A stretch of DNA of 64,000 nt from Bugula neritina (lineage: Eukaryota > Animalia > Bryozoa), in assembly GCA_964035545.1 (NCBI GenBank), contig OZ037765.1, forward strand, positions 7,140,698 through 7,204,697. Direction: 5' to 3'. The translations under genes and the position numbers were made by a program. Below the pieces are notes generated by a model. That model ran no database searches. It was not told where the DNA came from and worked only from the letters and a program-made list of their open reading frames with translations. Positions 49,501-61,500 of this stretch are shown here, piece after piece. Numbering within the stretch: position 1 is the first letter of the stretch; every line of letters begins with the position of its first letter.

Positions 49501-52500
49501 AGCAGTTGGAGATTGAGATATGAAGAAGATAATTAGTATTATTTCTCAGAAATAGCTGCAATTAACACTTTGAATAACAGACTTACAGTGTCATCTACAG
49601 TCAGTATGTCAGAGATAAGCAGTTTATTAGATCAAATGGCACCAGGAGACAGTGCTGCCTTCATGACACTGACAACGGGCACTTCACACTGAAGCTGACT
49701 ACCATAACATAGGATTACAGCTATAGTAACAGATATTTTAATGGCCAGTAAAATAGAATAAAATTCAAGCACTTGCTATAACGTTTCCATGGTGATGTAG
49801 TAGAGATAACATAGTATGGTAAAGGGGCTATTTATTTCAGTAGCATGATTGTCTGCCGAGATTAAAAATTTAAAAATTTCATGAAGACTTTAGATAAATT
49901 TCATAATCAGCTGAGGGTAAATTTTCTTCTGACATGCAGTTGACTAATGTTAGTTGTTTCTCAAAGGATAGAGGCTTTGATAGACAATTCATACCACAGA
50001 ACAGGTTCAGACTGAACAAAGAGTTAAAAAAAGACAAGGATGGTGGGTTGCTGTGGTAATATCCTGAGGTATAAATCCTAAGAACTAATATGACTGCACT
50101 ACACACCAAGCCATCAATAATGTATTGACAGCTATAATAGCCGTGTACATTTGCTAATATACTGGAGCTAAAACTTAATGGCTGGGCTAATAAATTATTA
50201 AAGATTAGAGTTAAAAAGTACATTGCATTCTAAATAAATAACTATTTCCCCTTCCCCCCCAAAAAAAAGCTAGTTATAAAATATTTTATACTTTTACACG
50301 ATTTCATATTGTAAAGCTAAACTTTTTCTTGGTGCAATATGGCGTGGTGGTTGAGTGGGTGAGCTAGTTACTTGCTATACACACAATTTAACAAGATATG
50401 TAATCATTTCAACTACTCAAATATCAAAAACATTCAAACTGCCATTTTATTAGAGACCAAGCAACCAAACAAAGCTTATCTTAGATCTTACTCACTCAAG
50501 TAACTACAATACACAACAAGTGTGGCAATAAAACTCTCAAAAGACAACAATTTGCCTGATGATAAAAGCATTTCTCTCCATGTATGAGTATTATTTATAC
50601 CTTAAGGGTCAATAAAATACTGCCATTTTGCTGATAACATCAATTCCTTGTTCAAGTCATCAGTTAATGGCACCTTCTAGTTACAATATTAAATGTTATT
50701 TAGACTAGAAATCTTATCTGTAAAAACTCTTGGAATATTGTTTGAAATTCAATTTCTATGTTTTAGTTAAAGTTGCCCACATGGAAACAGTTATCAACCA
50801 GCTACCCTGGCTATAAGCACAAAGGACAGGGGAAATATACAAACTTAGAACTGTTTCTCAGACTAGGCAAGGCACCTTTACCAGACGAGGATAAGGAAGA
50901 TACAAGTGCGCTAAGATTATCTTTTGCCCTGAATAAGTTGGGTGGTTCCCACAGACTGGGGACAGATGAGATCCACATTTCCAAGACATTTGACCATGAC
51001 AGTGTGAAGGGCAGAGACGGTCAGCAATACATATACAGAACCATGGCTTTCGGCCCTTTCCTTGCCATGAAATATAAAAGTCCAGAACTCATTAGAACTG
51101 ACCCTCTGGACCCAGATTTACCAAAAAGAACATTGAAAGGAAAGCGTGGTATCGTCAGATTCGTGGCATTTTATAACAAAAACAAGCACGCTGATGCAAG
51201 AATAGCATTGTGGGACTGTGACCATGTATTCGAGGCAAGAAACCTTGGCAAGATGCACCATCTTATTTCAGTGGAATTCTGGGAACTGCCAGGTAAGAAA
51301 TTATAACCGTCTACTAAACAAGAACACATTTCTTGTGGTATTTAATGTATGTATAAATAATGTTGAAACATTTCAACATATAAGTACATAATGATGGCAC
51401 GCCAGGATCAACATATATATAGCTGTGTATACTAAACAAGGAAATCCCATATAAATTATATACTCAGACATTAGATCTGGTGGGAATCTGGCATAGAAAC
51501 AAAACTTGGTTCCCAGTGACCCAGTGAATATGAAGTGCAAAGCATGAATTGAAAATTAGTCATTATAACCAAAGCATAGGAACACTAAAGCCTTTCTTGA
51601 TAATATTTTGACTCACTGGTAATAGAGGTTAGCTTCCTAATATATTGTATAAGAATTGCTCTTCTTACAATTACATCTGCTGCATGGATGCTAAAGAGAT
51701 AGTGTTGAATAATTTATTAGAGCAGGAAAAAGATAAGTCATAATTATAAGTCCCAGAATGCACAACTATATTAGTCATTCACTGTATGTGCAGCACAAGG
51801 TGGTGTATATGTAGCATAAAGCTATATAAATGCAGCATAAAGTAGTATATATCCAGCATGCAGAGCTAGTGTAGACTGTAGAGCAACCTTTCAACTATCC
51901 ACCAGTGATTCTTTGAACAAAGAGATAAATTTAGCTGTGCCTAAAGATGCTATCATTGATAAAATAGTTGGAAAAGGAGCAATGTTTACATAATACTGGG
52001 TGTGTGGGCCTATCAAGTGACATCTGCTGTAATAGTCATGGTTCTGGTAAACACAATAGTAAGTTATACCTACAGATAAGATACCAGCTTGAACACGAAC
52101 AGGTGTTCATCTGCCATGGGGCATAACTCCCACGTCCCTAGCCAACAGGCAGCTGGTGAAAAGTGTGCAGATTGGCAAGTGGCTAGTATTGTAACTAATT
52201 CACTGTTGACTTTACAAAATACAGTTTATAATCTAACAATTATAAGATACATTATTCACTCCCAGTCCAAACATTACATGAAAACTAACTGCTGTTCAAT
52301 GGCCCTTGAAAGTTTTGGAGCACAAAGTAGAGGCAAACATCTTAAGAGCTCTTACAATAGGATATGCCTGATTTGTGAAGGTAGAAATTGGAGAGGTTAA
52401 TGGGATGTAAATATAGTAAAACATTTCTTGGATCATTGTGAGTGTGAAATGGGCAGAGCAGATGGGCTGCCAGAGTTGGTCATGTGCAACGCTAATATTG

Positions 52501-55500
52501 TTTTTACAGTACAATGTGAGACAAAATATCCTTTTCAAGCGTATAATTCATGCACAAACATTTTATGTCACGATATTGCAGGCCTTTGAGTCCACGTGTT
52601 AATATTTCTATGGTAAAAGAAAAGAAGCTTTCATCAAATGTAAATACAAATACTCCGCAGGTCACTAAAATCATAGTTGTTCAAACAAGATGTAAAAAAC
52701 CTTTGATTCCATTAGCAGTAGGAATATTATAATGAAGAGTGAAAGAAAAGAGTTTTAGGATTGCAAACTCACAGATAAATCATGGTTTGAATGCACCTGT
52801 AAAGTGAACAGCTATCCGCTGTGTATGGATGATTATCAGTAGAAACACAGCGTGAGGGATTCGTTATCATCTACTCTAATATACTCTACAATCTAGACTC
52901 TATAATATACAACTCTATATAGCACTTGAGCTCACAATCTGTCATGACTAGCTAGCCTTTATACTGTAATGTTAATTATACATCTTATCATAGCCAGTCT
53001 ACTAAACTCTCTAAGCAAATATACACACTGGTTGAATAATAATCTAACTAAATAGTACAGATGGGTGTGATCGCTTATTTATACTCAACTTGAGTCAAGT
53101 TTTTCAATTTCTATCGTATAGCAACACACATAGCTTTACACCAATTCAAATTATTTCATTTCAGATTCCAGTTGCCCGTCTTGAACAAAGGATGATACTG
53201 AAAGCAAAGGTAGTATATGGATATCAAGGGAGTGGAGTAGAGTCAGATGTATATAGAAACCTGCTGCCTTGTAGCAATGAAAGACAGCACCATTTCAATT
53301 ACATCACTTAATCTCGAACTTTGAATTACGTAAGGGGGGGGGGGGGGATTAAAATGTACATATTATATTTTTTAAATTTTGAAACTAAGTCTGATTTCCT
53401 GACCAAATTATAATTATGATGTTGAATGCATTTATACACTTATATACTCTGTAACTTATCTAGTCTTTATATGTGTAATGAGTTACTTATGTAATCCAAT
53501 GAATAATTATTTTGCCGGTTTTTTTTCAATAAATTCAGATACGATTGGTAATCCAAAGGTGGTTGAAGTATTGTTGTATTACATAACTAAAAAGACAGTC
53601 AATGTCTTCCATTCCGTGCTGTTAGGTGCCCAAATCAGCTTATCTCATCTCTAAGTTGACTGCGTGGACACTGGTTGCACACGTTGCTCACATTGGTGTG
53701 AATTTCAATGTATGGTTGAACTCAGTTGTGATATTTCACAAATTTATGATAGAGAGAGGCTTCATTTCATCTTTTGTGTCACGCAAAGAAGGTTTTATTA
53801 TATTTATGAATTTCAATCATCCACTTACACTACATTCAATAAATAATATAAGTTGACATTCAAATCTTGTCATTGAACAACAATGAGAAGATTTTCTTTG
53901 TGATTGTTGAATTTAATTACATAAACTGTGGTCAAACTCCAAGCTAGGTTATTTCAAAGTACTATTTACTAACTTTGCAGTGGCTCACACATCACTGGTG
54001 ATTGGCTAATCAATTATAAAAAAGAACTTTTGACTGCTGTGATTGGTTGAAAAGAGGCAGGTGGTATTAGGTGGCAGATTATTATAATTTTTGGAGATTA
54101 AGCAACGAAGCTGTGATAACATTTACATTTCAATGGATAGAAATGACAATATTTGAAGAGAAGCTCATCTCTCAGTACACAGCTACAGCTAAGAGAGCAG
54201 CTGCAGTATTTGCTTTTGATGGAGAAAAAACAGAGAAACGTAAATTCTTTGATACGGTCGTTTGTTCTCACCCATTAAAACTGCTACAAGCACTCATGAA
54301 GTGTACTTCAATTTGCTCTCAACAACTGTGAGGCCAGAGTATTGTAGTTAAAACCATAATAACTGATCAAGGAGAGTATGAGTACCACAGAGGTGCCACC
54401 ATCAACACTGTGGCCGTCAACTTCACAGCTACTGTAATTGTTAGCCTTTGTTATATCCCTTAATTACAGCAGAGATATGGAAGACATCAGATGTTTTTTC
54501 AGTATAAGATGCTATCTGGCTACTGTCACCCAGCTCTAGTGTGGCCAAAATCATCTTTGAGAATTTTCCAATAGCCAGAAATGTAATAAAAAGAGATTCT
54601 GCTCCATTAGTCATAGATGCATGGCAAAGCAGTTTATAATTGAAAGAATGTACAAGTAAAAAGATATATAAACCAATTAATAGGGTGGAAATGATTGAAA
54701 ATTAATATTCATGAATGTCATATATAATGAGAAATACTTGCTATTTGCAAGCTTTCACACTGCTCTAACAGTAAGGTAATAATTACTCATCTATATTGTC
54801 AACTAGCAATAACCATATTGGGAGTATTATAATTGGAGAAATTTCTTTTATAGTTACAATCTAGTTCTCGGTATATAATATGCACTTTTTGCTAATTCAA
54901 ATCAAATCCCTTAAAATTTGAAAGGTTAATAATTGCAGTTTGCAAATTCAATATTGTCTTCGATGCTTTCAGTGCCTTCTGGTGCTACCAGTTCTGAGAG
55001 AGGAACTTACAAAACAATTTGTTGACTAGAACAGAGTCAATTTAGGCAAAAACTTGGCTGTTTTTTGGTGTCAACTAGCTAGAAGTAGTTCAACAGCTTA
55101 CTGTCTTGTGCAAAAAAAAATCAATTTTCTTACGAAATATTATTTAAGGAGATATTAGCCATGGCCAGAGAGTAGCCACGCCAGACATTGTGAAATGCCT
55201 GTCCTGTATCCATGTCCAGGTGACGGCTTAGCATTTTTTATAGTATAAAAACATCCTTATTTGTCATTGGAATTTTTATTCTGCTTACCTTATAGTATAG
55301 CATTGCTTTCTTAGAGATCAAATTTGAATATGTTAATAAAAATATGAAAATACTCAAACAAAATTCCTGGAACCACCTTAAAACTGCTAATCCAATAGCA
55401 ACCCTCTTGCCCACTGTATGCTAATCAAAAAAGTTATTAATGTATGCACTTATTGCAGGATTACTTATTAAGTTGAAAGAAGTTCTGGACAAAATTCTTT

Positions 55501-58500
55501 TGTAGAGAATATTCTGTCTTTGTTATAGTACAATTACTGTCTCAGCAATTAGAATGCTTGGTTTTACTATAGTAACACAGACTAGACCTTAATCACTATA
55601 TCTTTCCATAAAAATTTTTCAATTTATATTTCAGTAGACAACGTTTTGGTAAAACTATATACAATTTAGAGCTGAACATTTCACTCCAATATCCTCAATG
55701 TTCAATGCTTTACTCCCAGATATCAAACCTAAATAGTATAATAGTAAAGGTCATTGGGTATATACATATTATATTTTATACTCATTTGCCACTAAGCTAT
55801 AGTCATGTCTTATATGGGTAGCCATGCAGCACTGCGACACATTCTGTATGGTAGGTCTCAAATGATTCTGTATTGTAGGTTAATTTAGCCAAGAATTTAT
55901 TCAGAAAAAAGGGAAGAGCCGCTGTAAGTGACACTGACAGGGCAGTGAGGGGGAAACTTTTCCAATTAGTAGAACTAATATGGTGTCTATTCACTCTGCT
56001 TTGGCACTTGACTGTTTATTTATTCTGGAAGTCATTCTGTTAGAAAAATGTTAGCTAAAAGAGCAGGTGGTACTTAGCAGTGTTTAGAGCAAGATTGGCA
56101 AAAGAATTGGCAATAGTCTGAGAATATCTAGCTGACATAGTCTGACAAGCTTCACTTCACTTGCTGCGACTAGGCAGAAATTTCAGTTACCCATTAATTG
56201 CCAATTTAAAAGAGATTTTAAAAATGGGTAAATATGAATCTAGTTCAAATTTAAATTTATAGTTCAGCAATACATTTGATCTTAAAGGCAACATAAATAA
56301 TGCTTGTTATAATAAACTTCTGGTTAAGATTAATGATCTTGTAAATAGATGGAGCTGTACAATTCTACTAGCAAGGTGTATTAGTATGGCTTACAGCTAT
56401 GACTGCACGACTATGTAGTATAACTGTACAGACTGGACTTACAGCATGATGTATTACACTTTAATTACTGATGAGTGGCGAGTGAGATGGACAGGCTATC
56501 TGTACAGTAATGCTTTACCATTACATATTCAGTCTAACTCATGTTTTAGTGAAGACACCTTTACACTAGTATTATGATTACAGGCTACATGTTATTTCTG
56601 CATTGCAGTTATAATTGTCTCAAAATTATCCTCCCTAACATACCCCCTCTTCTCACATACCCCCTTTCTCATATCCCCTCCCTGACATACCCCCTCACTG
56701 ACATACCCCCCTTCCCACAAAGAAAAACCCCTCTCTCGTCAACACAACTAATAGCTACTCTGTCTCACACCTTAGATCTACCAAAGTCTTAACTAATAGT
56801 GTATACAACGTTCACTTGCTAACTATTTTTAGATTTTCAAATTTTTAAAACATCTTCACTTTGTCTGCTTTCATTAGAAAAACAGCTTTTACAGTTTAAT
56901 TGCCAAAGCATACACCAAATCAACTTTAGTCTCTCTCAGTCTCTTACCAGCATCAATAGAATACAATTGAGATACTCAAACGAGATATGCTTAGAGAGTT
57001 GATGGGCTCTTAGTATTTCAACATGAAATTTACTTTAACAAGTATTCTTAAAATGCACTGCAATTATTATTTAGCCATATAACAACTGGCAGAATTTGTT
57101 ATCTCCACCTGCTTCAAAAAGCAATTGCGGTAAGTTATGTACACATTGCCTCATTGCATCAAGAAGTTAGGAAAGATAACTCCACAAGTTAGAGGGATAA
57201 TTAATAGTCACAGTTTGTTTTGCAGAGTTTTCTGTTCATATATCATATCACAACATATTACGGAGAATGTACTGCTGCTGCTCACCAGATACCGCAGTTA
57301 ATGCAAGAATAGAATGTAAGCTACAAGCTTTATATGGCACTGAGGCTAAGAAACATGAACTTACGGATACAGTTCTTCGTCCTGCCCCAATAGACCAAAT
57401 ATTAGCTCAGTTTTGTATAATTCACTGCAAAAAAACAAATAATTACTGCTCAATTCTAAAACCTTCAAAATTTCAATAAAAAAAATACCTCATTTCAACA
57501 AATTTGTTCAAACTGAGTCATTGTCAGAACATGTGAGAAATTCTACTATCTTAGCACTATGAACCACAGCTTATGTTAGCTGATAACAGAAATGAAAGAA
57601 AGATACCTTATCAACAGTTTGATAAAATAAAAGTAACATATGGATACACAATGCACGAGATAATAAAAGATATATCTAAGATATGATATACTCCGAGACA
57701 CAACGTAATACAAAGTTCACTTTTTGATTCTTATCCTCTAAAAGGAAACAATCAAGTTTTCCGTTTACAATACAGCAGCTAACATCAACAAGCTAGTTGA
57801 CTGTCAAATCTTCAATACCTGCCATGGTTTAGAAGAGCTAGTTTGGTTACAAATAATCGTGATTCGGAGTTGTCTTTCCCGTCTATCAAGTAAATGGAGT
57901 ACATGTTTTGAATCCCATCGTTGTCTTTTCCTGGAAACCTGAAAGACAAGAGAGGAGATTTACCACAGTTAATATAATGCATACGACATCCAGAGATGAG
58001 CTCTCTGTTGCTGGAGGAAATATTATCAATCAGCTTAGCAATTTAAACTTTGGAAGAGAAGGAGCAAAGTAAGCTGAATATACAGAGACTGTGTCATCTA
58101 AATCAACTTTAAAATAATTTTCAAAGTATCTCTCAAAATTAATCGTAAATGCAAAAAATACAACAGCAAAAAATAGGCAATATCATGAACAAGTTACTAA
58201 GACAATAAAGTATGAAAGGCGTTAGAATTAAGTCTTGATTTTGTTAGTCAAATAGTGAACACATGTATGTAAATAACATGACTATGTGCTATATATACAC
58301 ACTTTATACACAATATACACACACTATATACACATTATATACACATTATATACACACTATACACACACTATATACACACTATATACACACTATATACACA
58401 CTATACACACACTATATACACACTATATGTATATAAACTCACTGTCTCAACTTCTGTAACTCACATTTACCGATCAGTTTGTGTGTAGTTTGTATCTCCA

Positions 58501-61500
58501 CCTCTTTAGCTATTGTCACCTGTATTCATACAATTCAGTTTAAAATGATCTAAACAATAGAACGTAATGCATAAACAAATAAAAATTTAAAAAATCATCT
58601 TTGAATGAATCTATTTATAAATTAATTTCAATAGAAGAATTTTATCATCAGAATTAAATATCATTATTGATAGAAATATACGCTTTATTGATATTGTCTT
58701 AAATTAAATTTTAACCATGTACCAGTATTGTATTGGTATTCTATTCTGCAATAGCAAATAAAAGGAAGTTACAAGGTGTTGCTTTAACTTGTCACTAGTA
58801 GGACATAGAATATGTGACAAGTCATGACCCAACCCATACACATCCGTGATGTCATTCAGTGAAGGTCATTGGTGAGGTCAAAAACACATCTAGCTATTAC
58901 TTGTGAAAAAATAATACAGATTAACAATAGCTTCCTCCTCTAGACAGAGAGCTTTTCTCAGGAGTCGTGGCTGTAACCCAAAGTGTGAACTCTGATATAA
59001 CACACAATATCCTACCCTTAAATAACGTAACACAATTTTATAGCCTGTCTATGTAATGATAATATACCGTGTGCCAGCATAGAATACTGTGCTCACTGAG
59101 TATAATAGAGACAGCATAGGTCAAACTTGAGTATAGAAATACAGATGTTTGGCATGGTGCCACATTAGATGGATTTCCGCATACGAAACCGCATTTGTGA
59201 AAATTCGCTAAGGGAGCTACCTGCCACACAATGCTTTGTCAGCGAGAGTGGAAATTTACTAGCCAATGGTATTTGCTAATTATTATTTCGCAAACCCACT
59301 TTTTGAGTTTAAAGTTTATATTTTCTAACAATTTCGTTTTTCTACTTTCACAGCAGTATAATCCAAATGTTCTCAACAGACGCTGGAAGGCAGTAGACGT
59401 AACTATGAAAACAAAAGTGCTGTTGACGAGCAGTAAAGTCAACTGCAAATATCATTGGCTAGTAAATATCCGCTCCCGCTGACAATGCATTGTGTGTGGC
59501 GGTTTCACATGCTAAAATTATATGGCCCCACTTTAATAGAGTTGGTTACGACTTAGTCTATCAAAGATCTGAACAGAGATGCAGCCCACTTTTAAAAGGT
59601 TACAAACTTACTGAGGGGGTAGTCAAGGCCTCCAATAATTTTTCTGATAACTGTTTGTAGAGTTGAATCAATGATTTGGTGGGCTGTGCTTTGAACATGA
59701 ATTGGCTATCTACAACAAAGCATCACTGTAGTCCTGAAGCAGTAATATTCAAATGGTTTAGGTTAACTTCATGATAATCTGCAACTTGAAAGCCATAAAA
59801 ATTGACCAGCTACAAACTTCAACTTAGCAAATATTTGAAATGGTAATGAATATAATTTAGCATAAGTCATTCAACTTACATGCTATACAATCACAATGAC
59901 TTACTGAAAAATGATAGAATTGTTAAATATATAGAGTAATTGTAAAGCTTGCAATTAATAATTAATTGTTATATCAGCATAAACAATACTTTAACTTAAG
60001 CAAGTGTGATTTTTACAGCAAAATTTCAAAGTTTTCAAACTAAAGAAAACTTTGCATTGCAAAAGTTGCCAATTTTCTACAAAAGCTTTTGACAAATAGA
60101 CTTTAATCATTACATTTATAATTAACACAATATACTCATAAACATTAGCTAATAACATCATTTTAATTCTCATTAAAACTTGTACATTCCTACTTCTACC
60201 AGTGGAAATTACCAGATAAGTTGGGACAACTCTGAAATGTGTTCCATAGACTGTGATCTGCAGGTTTGGGTTGGCAGGTGAGGTCAGCATCCTTCAAATA
60301 CTGACCTACTCTTTCTAACCTGATGTGGGAACCATGGTCCTAAAATAAAGTACAAATACACTGTAGAATCAGTCTTTAAAACGCATTTCGACATCTTAAT
60401 CAAAATTATGTGAATATAAGATAAAAATTTAGTTGGGAAAATTTTGATTTTATATTATCATGAGGCTACAACTTCAACTTTAACTAGACTTGGCACAAAC
60501 TTTTGGTTAAAAAATTGTTTGTTTCTATTGTTTTATAGACAGGCATTTCAGAAAACAGCCAGTGACCACAAAAGTCATACAGTAAAACATGCCTACCAAA
60601 GAAAGTTCAACATATTGCAATGATGTTCAATAGTTAGACTAAAAAGCAATTATTATAAATGACTGCATCAACTGGTAGAGTGATATTCTACCATCATTAC
60701 ATAGCTGTTGTAGTGAGAGTAAATAGCTTCGGCACTGCATGTGTACACGTAGACAGTGTGAGTAGTAATAGAACATGCAATCACGTGTAGCAGTTTCAGT
60801 GGTACAAGAGTTGCACATACCTCTAGTCCTTTGAAATTGTCGTTTAGAAAATCAGCTACGTCACTGTAATCAATGGAGGCGTAATAATCAGGAACAGGCA
60901 GATTGGAGATTCTCAAAATAACTATAAAAAAAATATTTAAAATTTTTAAACATAAACTAAAGATAACTTTGTCTAACTATTTAATTTAAACTACCTACCT
61001 AAGCCTCTCTCTACAAGTAGGATTAAGTCACACCAAGTTCATGGCTAGTCAAGTCAAATCATGACTCACACAAAAGCACTAAAAGAAGTGAAATTCATAT
61101 AGAATAAAAAATTGAGTCAATAGTTGTAATAGCCATTCAAATATTAACATACTTATTAAAAATATACAAATACATGTAGTTAAACATGCTAATAAGTTTA
61201 GAAAATGATATACCTGAATCCTTTCAAATCTATATACATATATGTATTTATATTAACTGAATAACATCCAAATAATACAGTCAAAACATTTACCTAATTA
61301 CAGCAGTCCTTAAATCACCTATATAGTAACATTGGCAACTTATTGCTAACTTGACTCGAAGTAATTTTTATTAGAATAATTTTAAATAGTCATAGTTCAA
61401 TAGATTGTCTTTTTCTCAAATTAAATTGGGTGATTGCAATTTTCTACTCATGTCAAAATTTCAAAAACCTTTGTGCATTTGAAATAGTCAAGTCTTCAAC

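Noticed and set aside
50773-51306. Bacterial contamination as the source of the Tae4-like ORF
   Set aside because: It has splice signals at both ends, a TTG pseudo-start inside an exon, no neighbouring Tai4 immunity or T6SS genes, and it lies between in-frame ANAPC4 exons.
51475-51530. Alternative terminal exon for the dae4-like gene
   Set aside because: Its acceptor has a poor pyrimidine tract compared with TTATTTCATTTCAG at 53151-53164. Not excluded without transcript data.
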